Shown here: in pieces, positions 12,288 through 21,804 of the stretch
How positions within the stretch are numbered: position 1 is the stretch's first letter
Layout of the letters: every line of letters begins with the position of its first letter
Assembly: GCA_026129465.1 (NCBI GenBank)
Contig: JAHCIA010000001.1
Location: forward strand, 2,181,964-2,245,963
Length of the DNA stretch: 64,000 nt
Source of the DNA: Flavobacteriales bacterium
GTDB lineage: Bacteria > Bacteroidota > Bacteroidia > Flavobacteriales_F > PHOS-HE28
Direction: 5' to 3'
Notes under the pieces: generated by a model
What the model was told of the DNA's origin: nothing
What the model saw: the letters and a program-made list of their open reading frames with translations, nothing else
Database searches by the model: none
Translations under genes and position numbers: made by a program

Positions 12288-12998
12288 ATGCGACATCTCC
12301 CCATCCTGCTGGTGGCCTTGGCCCTGATCGGCCTGCCGGGTATGGATGCGAGCGCCCAGCGCATCGCGTTCGTCAACACCAAGTACATCCTGGACCAGAT
12401 GCCGGAGTACACCTCCGCCCAGAAGGAACTGGACCGGCTCTCGCGCACTTGGCAGGACGAGATCGACGACCGCCACGCACAGATCAAGCGCATGCGGGAG
12501 GCCTACAACGCCGAGGGCATCCTGCTCACCGAGGAAATGAAACGCTCGCGCTTGGAGGACATCCAGGACCGGGAGCGGGAGGCGCGCGACCTGCAGAAGC
12601 GGCGTTTCGGCCCCAATGGCGACCTGTTCAAGAAGCGGCAGGAACTGATCCAGCCCATCCAGGACCGGGTGTACACGGCCATCAAGGAAGTGGCCGGCAC
12701 CAGCTACCTGGCCATCTTCGACCTCAGCGCACAGAGCGGCAATCTGCTCTTCGCCAGCGAGAAATACGACAAGAGCGACAGCGTGCTGCGCAAGCTCGGC
12801 ATCCGGCCCGGCAAGGGCGGATCGGAGAGCGGGCGCGACGATGATTTCGGGCAGGACCCCGAGGACAGCCCCGCACCGCCGCAGGGCGACCCGCGCGGCG
12901 GAGGACAGAACTCTGGAAGCGGCATCGGAGGAGCCGGTGGCGGCGCCGGAGGCGGTGGCCGCGGCGGAGGAGGTTCAGCCCCCCCTAAACCACGATGA
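12288..12998 (+). CDS. OmpH/Skp-family periplasmic chaperone with a Gly-rich C-terminal tail.
   Basis: Signal peptide, the motif IAFVNTKYILDQMPEY, coiled-coil region, and its position after bamA. Confidence 0.75.
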   Translation: MRHLPILLVALALIGLPGMDASAQRIAFVNTKYILDQMPEYTSAQKELDRLSRTWQDEIDDRHAQIKRMREAYNAEGILLTEEMKRSRLEDIQDREREARDLQKRRFGPNGDLFKKRQELIQPIQDRVYTAIKEVAGTSYLAIFDLSAQSGNLLFASEKYDKSDSVLRKLGIRPGKGGSESGRDDDFGQDPEDSPAPPQGDPRGGGQNSGSGIGGAGGGAGGGGRGGGGSAPPKPR

Positions 12999-13002
12999 AC
13001 AA

Positions 13003-13512
13003 ATGAACATGAAGACCCTTTTGATCACCCTTGGCCTGCTGCTGTCCGCAGCTCCGGCCGCCCTGGCCCAGCACACCAAGTTGGGCCACATCGACCGGCA
13101 GAAGCTGATGTTGCTGCTCCCCGAGCGCAAGGACGCCGAGACCAAGATGCAGAAGTTCGCCGAGGAGCTGGACAAGCGCCTGCGCGCCATGGGCACCGAA
13201 TACCAGCAGAAGGTCAGTGAGGCCCAGGCGAATGCGGAGAAGATGACCAACACCGAACGCGAGATGGTCGTGCGTGAGATCAACGAGTTGGAACAGCGCA
13301 TCCAGGCCGCCCAGGAAAAGGCCCAGGAGGACCTGGCCAAGCAGGAGGAGGAATTGCTGCGGCCCATGGTGGAGCGCACCAACAAGGCCATCCGCGAGGT
13401 GGCCGAGGCGAACAACTTCACCTACATATTCGATACCAGCGCCGGCTTCGTGCTCTATTGGGACAAGGGTGAGGACATCCTGTCCCTGGTCAAGACCAAG
13501 CTCGGCATCTGA
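13003..13512 (+). CDS. OmpH/Skp-family periplasmic chaperone, second copy.
   Basis: Start MNMKTLL at 13003. Signal peptide, coiled coil and the motif FTYIFDTSAGFVLYWDKGEDI. Confidence 0.75.
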   Translation: MNMKTLLITLGLLLSAAPAALAQHTKLGHIDRQKLMLLLPERKDAETKMQKFAEELDKRLRAMGTEYQQKVSEAQANAEKMTNTEREMVVREINELEQRIQAAQEKAQEDLAKQEEELLRPMVERTNKAIREVAEANNFTYIFDTSAGFVLYWDKGEDILSLVKTKLGI

Positions 13513-13520
13513 GCGATCCC

Positions 13521-14351
13521 GTGCCCCCCGACGCCCGCCCCATCGGTGTATTCGATTCCGGCATAGGCGGACTGACGGTGGCCGCTACCATCCTGCAGGC
13601 GCTCCCCACAGAGCGCCTGCTCTATTTCGGCGACCAGGCCCACCTGCCCTATGGGCAACGCTCGCTGGAGGAAGTGCGCGGTTTCAGTGTGGCCATCACC
13701 GGTGCGTTGCTCGCCGCGGGCTGCAAAATGATCGTGATCGCCTGCAACACGGCCAGCGGGGCCGCACTGCGACACTTGCGCGCGCTCCATCCCGAAACGC
13801 CCTTCGTGGGCATGGAGCCCGCCGTGAAACCCGCCGTGGAGCATACCACCACCGGCGTGGTGGGCGTGATCGCCACCACGGCCACCTTCCAGAGCGAGGT
13901 CTATGCTTCCGTGGTGGAACGCTTCGGCCGCGGGGTGGAGGTATTGCACCAGCCCTGCCCCGGCCTGGTGCGCAGCATCGAATCCGGCGACCTGGACGGC
14001 CCCGGCACGGAGACCATGCTCCGCGGCTGGCTGGAACCCCTGATGGCGCGTGGCATCGATGCGCTGGTGCTGGGCTGCACGCACTACCCCTTGGTGCGGC
14101 CCCTCATCGAGCGTATCGTGGGTCCCGGCGTGCGCGTGATCGACCCCGCACCAGCGGTGGCCCGGCAAGTTGTGCGCCTGGTCCGTGAGCATGGCCTGGC
14201 TGCACCACCTGACCAACAAGGTGGCATGGTCTGTCACACCACAGGTGAGGCAAGGGCTTTCGCGGACATGATGGCCCGCATCGGCATGCCTGACTTTCCC
14301 GTAAGCGAGGTGCACTGGGAAGCCAATGGCTCGCTCAGGCTTCCTGCTTGA
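13521..14351 (+). CDS. murI: Glutamate racemase.
   Basis: GTG start. Motifs IGVFDSGIGGLTV, ACNTASG and LGCTHYPL. Confidence 0.85.
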   Translation: MPPDARPIGVFDSGIGGLTVAATILQALPTERLLYFGDQAHLPYGQRSLEEVRGFSVAITGALLAAGCKMIVIACNTASGAALRHLRALHPETPFVGMEPAVKPAVEHTTTGVVGVIATTATFQSEVYASVVERFGRGVEVLHQPCPGLVRSIESGDLDGPGTETMLRGWLEPLMARGIDALVLGCTHYPLVRPLIERIVGPGVRVIDPAPAVARQVVRLVREHGLAAPPDQQGGMVCHTTGEARAFADMMARIGMPDFPVSEVHWEANGSLRLPA

Positions 14352-14856
14352 ACCAGCCGGCGTACTTCAGGTAGTTCGCCGCGATCCGTTCGATCTCGTT
14401 CTTGGAGAGGTCGGCGCTCACAGGGCCGATGCGCCTGGCGGGAACCCCGGCCATGAGGCTGCCCGGCTCCACCACGGTGTTCTGTGTCACCACGGCCCCG
14501 GCGGCGATCACGCTGCCCTCCCCGATCACCGCATGGTCCATCACGATGGCGCCCATGCCGATGAGCACCTTGTCCTTCACCGTACAGCCATGCACGATGG
14601 CGTTGTGTCCGATGCTCACATCGTCGCCAATGGTGAGCGCCGCCCGCTGATAGGTGCAATGGAGCACCGCGCCATCCTGCACGTTCACCCGGTGGCCGAT
14701 GCGGATGCTGTGCACATCGCCGCGCACAACGGCGTTGTACCACACGCTGCAATCGTCACCCATCACCACATCACCGATCACCACGGCGGTCTCGGCCAAG
14801 AAGGACCGTTCCCCCATCACCGGCGTGAAGCCCCGAACGCCGCGGACCAGGCCCAT
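14335..14856 (-). CDS. Gamma-class carbonic anhydrase-family / hexapeptide-repeat protein.
   Basis: Left-handed beta-helix hexapeptide repeats (IGDDVSIGHNAIVHGCTV...) with conserved His residues. Confidence 0.75.
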   Translation of the reverse strand: MGLVRGVRGFTPVMGERSFLAETAVVIGDVVMGDDCSVWYNAVVRGDVHSIRIGHRVNVQDGAVLHCTYQRAALTIGDDVSIGHNAIVHGCTVKDKVLIGMGAIVMDHAVIGEGSVIAAGAVVTQNTVVEPGSLMAGVPARRIGPVSADLSKNEIERIAANYLKYAGWFKQEA

Positions 14857-14857
14857 G

Positions 14858-15196
14858 TCAGTGCTTTTCGGAACGTTGGCAGCACGATGGCAGCGCCTGG
14901 AAGGCCTTGGGGTCGGCCGGCAGCTCGTCGGCGCTGTAGCCGATGCGTGTCACGGCCACACGCACACCGTCCGCATCCGTGCGGCGCGGATCGTAGTCCA
15001 CATGGATGACCCCCCGCTCCAGGTCCACCTCCACTTGCTTCACACCCTTGGCGAACAGCAATTCGCTCTCGATGGTCTTCTTGCATGTGCCACAGACCGC
15101 GGAAGTGCGGATCGTCAGGCTTTCCATCTTCTTCTTGTCCTGGGCCTGCCCGGCGATGGCCGGAAGCAGGAACAACAGCATGATCAAGGTCCTCAT
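14858..15196 (-). CDS. Heavy-metal-associated (HMA) domain protein with a signal peptide.
   Basis: CGTCKKTIE metal-binding motif and an additional CC pair near the C-terminus. Confidence 0.65.
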   Translation of the reverse strand: MRTLIMLLFLLPAIAGQAQDKKKMESLTIRTSAVCGTCKKTIESELLFAKGVKQVEVDLERGVIHVDYDPRRTDADGVRVAVTRIGYSADELPADPKAFQALPSCCQRSEKH

Positions 15197-17460
15197 GGTC
15201 GGTCGGTCGGGTTTTCCTTCTTCCGGGGCAGGGTGTAACGCAATCCGCCATAGACCATGGCCAGGTTAGTAGGCCCCCAGATCAGCGAAGCGTCAAAGTA
15301 CGGGCCGAAAGGATCCTCCGGCGCGATGATCTGCCTTCGTTGCAGCGTGTTGGTGATGTTCTCCGCACCGAGGTAGAGGTCCCACTGGCCCATCACCCGC
15401 GTGAGCTGTGCGTGCATGGTGGCGAATGACGGCGCGCGTTCGCCGAAGCGGTAGGCCTCGGGATTGGTGGAGGTATCGGGGATGCGGCTCTCACCGAAAA
15501 GCTGCAGGCCAATGTCGAAGCGCCATTGCTCCTTGCGGTCGGCATAGGCCAGGTCGATCATGCCGCGGTGCATGGGCGTGAAAGGCCGCTCCAGCAACCG
15601 GCCATCGTAGGTGGTGCGCGCATCATACCAACGGTAGTTCAGCCGCAGGGTGAGCGGTGCGGCCAGCTGCACCTGCACATCGGCCAGCATGCTGGTGCCA
15701 TAGGAGAGTCCATCCAGCATGTAGAACGCTATGGTCTGTGGCGAGCGGTCCAGGTCCATCACCACCTGCTGGGTGAAGCGCGTGTGGTAGGCGTCCACAC
15801 CCACCTCCCACTTGCGGTCCAGGAGTTTGAACTTGTGCAGCAGCGACGCGCCGAAATTCCAGGCGCGTTCCAGGCCAAGCGGGCCCTCCACCACCACGTT
15901 GCGCGAACTGGCCAGCACGGTGGCGCTTTCGGCCAGCGGGTTGGCGCTGCGGAAGGCATGGCCGGCCGAAACGCGGGCCACGGTGAGCGGACCCAGGTCA
16001 TACTTGATGTGCAGGCGAGGACTCACCGTATTGCCGAAGTGGTCATTCGCGTCGGCACGCAGGCCGAGCACGGATGTGAGCTTCTCGCGTTTGCGGGTAT
16101 ACTCGGCGAAGATCCCCGGCATGCGCTCGGTGCGCGTGAAGGCACTGTCGCGGAAAGCCTCCCGGTAATCATCATACTGGAAGGCCAGACCGGTCTTCAC
16201 GGCATCCTCGCATCCGCCGAGTTGCTGCTGGTACACCAGATTGCCGTAGAAGCTGGTCTGCGTGCCATCGTATCCACGTTCACCGTACAGCGAGCGCACA
16301 TCGTGGTGCTTGCCCGCGGCGATGAGACCGATGCTCTTGTCGCGTGCCTCGCCGAACACGAAGCCATATTTCCCCAGCACGTCCACCATCTCGTTGCGGA
16401 TGTCGATGCCATAGAGCATGTCCGGACGGTGGCCCACATGTTCCGGTGGAACGGGCATCGCGCCATGCTCGGCGGATTGCCCCCCGGTGCGGCGGTCGTC
16501 CACGTAGCGCGCTGCCAGTTGGGCCGTCCGCTTGTCGTCCCGGTATACCCAGCGGTCCATCACGTTGATGCGCCGCGTGATGGGCATGTCCATGAAGCCA
16601 TCGCCGTTCTGGTCCATTTCGTTGTCGAACCAGTTGCCGTGCACCAGCAGCAGGTTGTCGCTGTGTTGCCCGGTGCTTTGCGCGCTGTGGATGTTGGCCT
16701 CCAGACGGCCCTGGGTATTGCCGTACATGTTCAGGTAGAACGGCGACTCGTCGGCCGGTTGCAACAGGCACACGTCGATCTGTCCGGTCATGGCATTGGG
16801 GGCGTTCACCGCCGTGCCCACGCCCTTGCTGAGGTTGATCTCGTTGATCCAGGTGCCCGGGATGAGCGTGAGCCCCGAAGCGGTGGACAGCCCGCGGATG
16901 AAGGGGATGTTCTCCAGGCTGATCTGCGCGTACTTGCCATCGAGGCCCAGGAGGCGGATCGTCTTCGTGCCACTGATGGCGTCGTTGTAGCTCACGTCCA
17001 CCGAGGCGTTGGTCTCGAAGCTCTCGCTCAGGTCGCAACAGGCGGCGCGCTTCAGTTCCATGGCGGTGATGATCTCGGTGGCCAGTTGCGAGCGCGTGTC
17101 CAGCAGGGTGCTGCTCTGCCGCTCGATGATCTCCACCGCCCGCAGATCGGCACCGGGCCGCAGGGTGAAGGACACGGGCCTGCCGGGATGGGCGGCCAGC
17201 AACACGGTGTCCGGCGCATAGCCCACGAAGGAGGCCACCAGCCGTGCGGGCCAGCTATCGGGTGGCGGCACCTCGAACCGTCCCTGCGCATCGGTGGCCG
17301 TGCCGATGGTGGTACCCACCCACAGCACACTGGCGCCGGGGAGGCTTCTGGGGTCATCGGCCTCTGTGCCGAGCACCACGCCCATGATGGGATCCTGCGC
17401 CACCAGGCACAGGGGCAGCAAAGCCAGCGAAAGGATCGGATATCTGTAGGAACTTGTCAT
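15193..17460 (-). CDS. TonB-dependent outer-membrane receptor.
   Basis: Start MTSSYRY at 17460. Signal peptide, carboxypeptidase-regulatory-like domain (GASVLWVGTTIGTATDAQGRFEV), plug, beta-barrel and a C-terminal aromatic residue. Confidence 0.8.
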   Translation of the reverse strand: MTSSYRYPILSLALLPLCLVAQDPIMGVVLGTEADDPRSLPGASVLWVGTTIGTATDAQGRFEVPPPDSWPARLVASFVGYAPDTVLLAAHPGRPVSFTLRPGADLRAVEIIERQSSTLLDTRSQLATEIITAMELKRAACCDLSESFETNASVDVSYNDAISGTKTIRLLGLDGKYAQISLENIPFIRGLSTASGLTLIPGTWINEINLSKGVGTAVNAPNAMTGQIDVCLLQPADESPFYLNMYGNTQGRLEANIHSAQSTGQHSDNLLLVHGNWFDNEMDQNGDGFMDMPITRRINVMDRWVYRDDKRTAQLAARYVDDRRTGGQSAEHGAMPVPPEHVGHRPDMLYGIDIRNEMVDVLGKYGFVFGEARDKSIGLIAAGKHHDVRSLYGERGYDGTQTSFYGNLVYQQQLGGCEDAVKTGLAFQYDDYREAFRDSAFTRTERMPGIFAEYTRKREKLTSVLGLRADANDHFGNTVSPRLHIKYDLGPLTVARVSAGHAFRSANPLAESATVLASSRNVVVEGPLGLERAWNFGASLLHKFKLLDRKWEVGVDAYHTRFTQQVVMDLDRSPQTIAFYMLDGLSYGTSMLADVQVQLAAPLTLRLNYRWYDARTTYDGRLLERPFTPMHRGMIDLAYADRKEQWRFDIGLQLFGESRIPDTSTNPEAYRFGERAPSFATMHAQLTRVMGQWDLYLGAENITNTLQRRQIIAPEDPFGPYFDASLIWGPTNLAMVYGGLRYTLPRKKENPTDRP

Positions 17461-17549
17461 GGATGGTCTTTGGGGACGTGCGAACGGAACGACACGAGAT
17501 GGCGCATGGGCCACCGACCGGCGGATCGACGCCGGCAATAAGACCGATC

Positions 17550-17951
17550 CTAGATGCGGAAGAGGCGATGCGCCACCAGACGCTCCGTGCCACTGGACGG
17601 TGGCGGCCGTGTGAAGACCTCGCCACGCGACCCGGGCGCTTCGCGGGTTCCCGGGTCGAACACCTGCGGGATGAAGCAGGTCCACATCGGGGAGAAGACC
17701 ATCTCAGGCGCCGGAACGAAAGGCAACACTTCGCCGCCGGCCTGGCCGAACACACAGCAGACCGGACTGATGGCCGGCCCCTCCGGAAGCTCATTCTCCG
17801 GGCAGCAGTCATCGATCTGGCCCAGGGCCCAAACGCTGTGCCCCCCGATCAGGCAGGTCATGCGCGAGAGGGCCATGCCGCTGGTGGCGAACAGCAACAG
17901 CATCGTAACGGCCAGTGTGGCCCAGCGATGGCGATGCAGAAGTTGGCGCAT
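17550..17951 (-). CDS. Hypothetical small secreted Cys-rich protein.
   Basis: Signal-peptide-like N-terminus, CC and CxxC-like pairs. Chosen over overlapping Arg/Gly-rich antisense ORFs. Confidence 0.35.
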   Translation of the reverse strand: MRQLLHRHRWATLAVTMLLLFATSGMALSRMTCLIGGHSVWALGQIDDCCPENELPEGPAISPVCCVFGQAGGEVLPFVPAPEMVFSPMWTCFIPQVFDPGTREAPGSRGEVFTRPPPSSGTERLVAHRLFRI

Positions 17952-18059
17952 GGTGCGTCAAAAGTAAGGTGAACGAGCCTCGCCCGGGGGAGCGGAAACG
18001 GCCATTCCACTTGGGAAGCCAGCCAGGCGACACACCTACCTTTGCCACCGCCTCGCACC

Positions 18060-18671
18060 ATGAGCACCACCGCCCGCCCGCCCGTATCCGTTTACGCCGA
18101 AAGCACGCCCAACCCGGCCAGCATGCGCTACGTGAGCAGCCGCCTGTTGGTGGCCGACGGCCGGCTCTTGGAATTCCGATCCCCCGATGAGCCCAATGGT
18201 GTGTCGCCCCTGGCGGAGCACATCTTCAACCTGCCCTTTGTCACGGGGGTGTTCATCTCAGGCAACTTCATCACCGTCACCAAGAACGCTTCCGTGGATT
18301 GGGACCTGGTGCAACTGGAGTTGCGCGAGTACCTCCAGGAGTACCTGAACACGGATGGCCGCGTGGTATACGAGGACGCCCCCGCCCAGGCCCTGGCCGA
18401 CGCCAATGAGCGCGCCAGCACCCATGCTGAAGCGAGAGGCCCCGACGATGAGAAGATCATCCGCGTGCTGGAGGAATACATCCGCCCGGCCGTCGAAGGC
18501 GACGGCGGGCATATCGCCTTCAAGTCCTTCGACGGAGGCGTGGTCACCGTTTCGCTGCGCGGCTCATGCAGCGGCTGCCCCAGCAGCATGGTCACCCTCA
18601 AACAGGGCATCGAGAACCTGCTGAAACACGAGGTGCCCGGCGTGCGAGAGGTGGTGGCGGAGGAACTCTAA
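18060..18671 (+). CDS. NifU/Nfu-type iron-sulfur cluster scaffold protein.
   Basis: Nfu N-terminal domain, and a C-terminal NifU domain with GSCSGCPSS. Confidence 0.75.
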   Translation: MSTTARPPVSVYAESTPNPASMRYVSSRLLVADGRLLEFRSPDEPNGVSPLAEHIFNLPFVTGVFISGNFITVTKNASVDWDLVQLELREYLQEYLNTDGRVVYEDAPAQALADANERASTHAEARGPDDEKIIRVLEEYIRPAVEGDGGHIAFKSFDGGVVTVSLRGSCSGCPSSMVTLKQGIENLLKHEVPGVREVVAEEL

Positions 18672-18696
18672 TTTCGAGGGACGACGTCCCTCGAAA
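18672..18696 (+). terminator. Perfect 12-bp stem / 1-nt loop hairpin (TTTCGAGGGACG-A-CGTCCCTCGAAA) starting at the nucleotide immediately after the nfu stop codon.
   Basis: Palindrome read directly from the sequence. No U-tract follows. It lies 18 bp upstream of the RAYT-like gene. Confidence 0.5.
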
Positions 18697-18714
18697 CTGG
18701 CCCCACCCCACCGA

Positions 18715-19278
18715 ATGACCTTGGGCAAGCGACTTCCGCGACGCGCGGGCATCTACTTCTGCACCTTCGCATGCTGGGACCACTTGCATTCGATCGCCCG
18801 CACCAATTGTCACGACGCCATATACGAGAAGCTGCAACGTTGGGTGGACAAAGGCTGCGCGGTCAACGGCTACGTGATCATGCCGAACCATGTGCATCTG
18901 CTCCTCTACGTGCCGGAACAACTCTCGGTGAATGACGTCCTGGCCAACTGCAAACGCTGGTGGGCCAAAGTGATCCTCGACCGGCTCACGGTGGCCCGGG
19001 ACACCATCATGCTGGAGCGCTTGCAGCGGGATGTCGACACGTCCCGCTTCGCGAAAGGTCAATGGTTCCGGGTGTGGGAACCTTCTTCCGACATCAAGTA
19101 CTGCGCATCGAACAGCATGGTGGTCCAGAAGCTCCGCTATATCCACCAGAACCCATTGCAAGCCCATTGGATGCTGGCCAGAGTGCCCGAAGAATATCCG
19201 CATTCCTGCGCAGGCCAATACGCGGGTGGCCCAACAGCCGGGATGACCGTCACGCCTTGGATGGCCCACTCCAACTGA
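18715..19278 (+). CDS. IS200-like HuH tyrosine transposase, REP-associated (RAYT/TnpA_REP)-like.
   Basis: HuH motif YVIMPNHVHLLL and a tyrosine motif RYIHQNP. There are no terminal repeats and no second copy in the window. Confidence 0.7.
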   Translation: MTLGKRLPRRAGIYFCTFACWDHLHSIARTNCHDAIYEKLQRWVDKGCAVNGYVIMPNHVHLLLYVPEQLSVNDVLANCKRWWAKVILDRLTVARDTIMLERLQRDVDTSRFAKGQWFRVWEPSSDIKYCASNSMVVQKLRYIHQNPLQAHWMLARVPEEYPHSCAGQYAGGPTAGMTVTPWMAHSN

Positions 19279-19340
19279 ACGGGAAGTAACAGGCATGTGC
19301 AATTCCCTGGGGTGAAGCATCCTGTAGGAAACGTACGGCC

Positions 19341-20102
19341 ATGAAGCGCATCTCCTCCCTCCTGCCCACCCTGCTCATCGCGGCCGCCACATGCAGCGCC
19401 CAAGCCACGGGAGAGATCCGCGGACGGGTATTCGACCAGACCGGTTCGCCGGTGCCCATGGCGCATGTGGTGGCCATCCAGCATGATCGAACGCACGGCG
19501 TGGTTACCGATCTGGAAGGAAGATTCGTCATCAAGCCCCTGCCTACCGGCCTCTTCACGGTGCGTGTTTCGCACGTCGGATTCCAGACGCGCAGCTTCAC
19601 CGGCGTGGAGGTCACCGGCGACCGGGCGAGCCTGATGCGCGACATCCGTCTGGGCTTCGCCACCACGGTGGATACATTCGAGGTGTCCGGCTTCCGACGC
19701 CCGCTCATTGAAGCCGACAACCCCACCCGCATGAGCCTGCTGGCCGACGACTTCGCACGCGACCCGAACAAACGCGACCCGATACAATTCATCGGCAAGA
19801 GTTTCGTGGGGGTGACGGCCTCCCTCACGGGCGACGGATTGCATTTCCGGGGCTCGCGTACGGAGAACATGGTGTCCTTCATCGACGGCGTGAAGGTGAG
19901 TGGCGGTGTGCCCCGCGTCCCACCATCGGCCATCAGCAGCGTGAGCGTGTACACCGGTGGCCTGCCCGCACGTTACGGTGATGTCACCGGTGGCGTGGTG
20001 GCGATCGAGACCAAGAGCTACCAGGAGGTCTTCGAGGCCGAACGGACAAGGCGACAACGCTTGGCCGAAGCCGCTTGGGAAGACGAAGAGGATGGACTTT
20101 GA
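19341..20102 (+). CDS. Carboxypeptidase-regulatory-like plus TonB plug-domain protein; a truncated TonB-dependent receptor N-terminus with no barrel.
   Basis: Signal peptide. The motif IRGRVFDQTGSPVPMAHVV, then plug-like GVKVSGG...YTGGLPARYGDVTGGVVAIETK. It ends after 253 aa. Confidence 0.5.
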   Translation: MKRISSLLPTLLIAAATCSAQATGEIRGRVFDQTGSPVPMAHVVAIQHDRTHGVVTDLEGRFVIKPLPTGLFTVRVSHVGFQTRSFTGVEVTGDRASLMRDIRLGFATTVDTFEVSGFRRPLIEADNPTRMSLLADDFARDPNKRDPIQFIGKSFVGVTASLTGDGLHFRGSRTENMVSFIDGVKVSGGVPRVPPSAISSVSVYTGGLPARYGDVTGGVVAIETKSYQEVFEAERTRRQRLAEAAWEDEEDGL

Positions 20103-20114
20103 ACGACGGCCAGC

Positions 20115-20687
20115 ATGTTCATGCGCGGTACATCCAGTGATGCGGCGGACGACGACACGGTGGTGGCGCGGCTGCGCACCGGCGACCGGCGCGCGCTGGG
20201 CACCTTGTGGGACCGCTACGCGCACCTGCTCTACGGCGTGGGGATCAAATACCTGAAGGACGCCGAGCGCGCCAAGGACACCGTGGCCGAACTCTTCGCC
20301 GTGCTGCCTGAACTGTTGCGGCGCCATCAGGTGGAACACTTCCGCCCCTGGGTGCATACCGTGATGCGCAACCGCTGTCTGATGGTGCTGCGCAGTGAAA
20401 GGCCCGGCCGGTCCCTGGACCTGGAGCGTGTGGACATACCCGGCCACGACGAGGCAGGTGAGGCCCTGCTCCGAGAGGCCGGTCTGCAACGGTTGGAGAA
20501 CGCCATCGCCCAGCTGAACGCCGACCAACGCACCTGCATCGAAGCCTTCCACCTGCGGCGCATGAGCTATGCGCAGGTGGCCGCGCTCACAGGCCACGAT
20601 GTGGAACAAGTGCGCAGCCATCTCCAGAACGGCCGCCGGAACCTGCGTCTGATACTCCTTCGCCATGCCGACCAGAACGACCGATAA
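20115..20687 (+). CDS. RNA polymerase ECF-type sigma-70 factor.
   Basis: Sigma-70 region 2 (LWDRYAHLLYGVGIKY) and region 4 (QRTCIEAFHLRRMSYAQVAALTG). Confidence 0.8.
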   Translation: MFMRGTSSDAADDDTVVARLRTGDRRALGTLWDRYAHLLYGVGIKYLKDAERAKDTVAELFAVLPELLRRHQVEHFRPWVHTVMRNRCLMVLRSERPGRSLDLERVDIPGHDEAGEALLREAGLQRLENAIAQLNADQRTCIEAFHLRRMSYAQVAALTGHDVEQVRSHLQNGRRNLRLILLRHADQNDR

Positions 20688-21740
20688 GCCCTTCGCCGCC
20701 GGGCCACCCTTGGACCGCGCCACCCTGCTGGCCTATGCTGAAGGCCGCCTGGATGCCGCGCGAACGCATGCCGTGGAGCAACAGCTCGAAGCCGATCCAT
20801 TGCTGCGCGAAGCGATGGAGGGGTTGATGGTGCCCGGAGCGACCACTGGTTTGGAAGCCCTCGACAAATTGCGGCCCGCCGGTCCGGGCTGGGGACCCTG
20901 GGCCTTGGGCGGCGCGTTGGTGGTCGTGGCCGGCGCCTGGCTGGTGTTGTCTCCCATGTTGGATCCCCATGATGCCGCGATCGACCCGCTACCAGCAGGG
21001 CCGGCGCCCACGCACCATTCCGCGGAACCACCGATCGTGATCGACCCGGCCGAGATCGCGGCTGCGGAGGAGCAGCCGGAAACACTGCTAATCGGCCACC
21101 GGCCCGGCGACCGGCACCTGGAGACCACCGTGCCGCCAGTACCACGTGAACCCGGACCTGAGCCATTGCGCGGAAGTGATGTGCGCCCAAGGCCCGGAGA
21201 TATGCAAGCCACACCGGCCGCGGCGAAACCAGCCCGTGCCATCACCAGGCTCGTCTTCGTGCAAGGCTTCAAACTCGCGCACCCGGACGATCTCCATCCA
21301 TCAGATCCACATACAGGCCGAACGGGAAGCGGCGTACTGGCGCGCTTCCCCGACAGCGGATCGCAGCGATCCACCGAAGGCGAGCAACGCATGATGGGCT
21401 ATCTGCCCTTCATGGACGAGGCCATGACGCGCTTTCGACAGAACGACCACAAGGCGGCGCTGGAGGAGTTCCGCTTTCTGCTGACACAATACCCCGATGA
21501 TGTGAACGCGATCTTCTATGCGGGGCTGTGCGCATACAACCTCGGCATGTACTACCGGCATCGCAACTTCTCGATCGTGCCGCATCGCATGAGGTGCGCG
21601 TGTTCGACGAGGAGGCCGCCTGGTACCACGCGCTCACATCACGGCGAATGGGCGAACAGGCGCAGGCGCAGGAGGCCTTCCGGCGCATCGCGGCGCAGGG
21701 CGGATTCTACGCGGAGCAGGCCGGGGCGATGCTCGATTGA
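20665..21740 (+). CDS. Anti-sigma factor with a TM segment and periplasmic Pro-rich/TPR-like domain. It has an apparent +1/-1 frameshift near 21560-21600.
   Basis: N-terminal anti-sigma-like region and a TM helix WALGGALVVVAGAWLVL. The TPR-like C-terminus continues in another frame (ORF 21528..21740). The original frame reads through as Arg-rich junk into lysA. Confidence 0.45.
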
Positions 21741-21804
21741 CCCCGGCGTCGCCGCCTGCCCACGCGGACTACCTTCGCAGCCCGCGCCCTGCACGGCGGA
21801 CATC

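Noticed and set aside
12841-13002. Upstream extension of the second OmpH ORF (12841 start) overlapping the first OmpH gene.
   Set aside because: The extension overlaps the Gly-rich tail of the previous gene in another frame. The signal peptide begins at MNMKTLL (13003), 5 bp after the upstream stop.
15526-17541. 671-aa plus-strand ORF opposite the TonB-dependent receptor, and similar antisense ORFs opposite other genes (19137-20723, 21769-23094, 23143-25308, 25365-27515, 37273-39159, 41548-43152, 48509-49759, 51056-52771, 53571-54968).
   Set aside because: Each overlaps a gene with clear conserved domains on the other strand and translates to low-complexity Arg/Ala/Gly/His-rich sequence typical of GC-rich antisense frames.
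18672-18696. Calling the 25-nt hairpin a definite REP element.
   Set aside because: There is only one copy in the window and it sits directly after the nfu stop codon, so a terminator role is equally likely. Retained only as a possibility.
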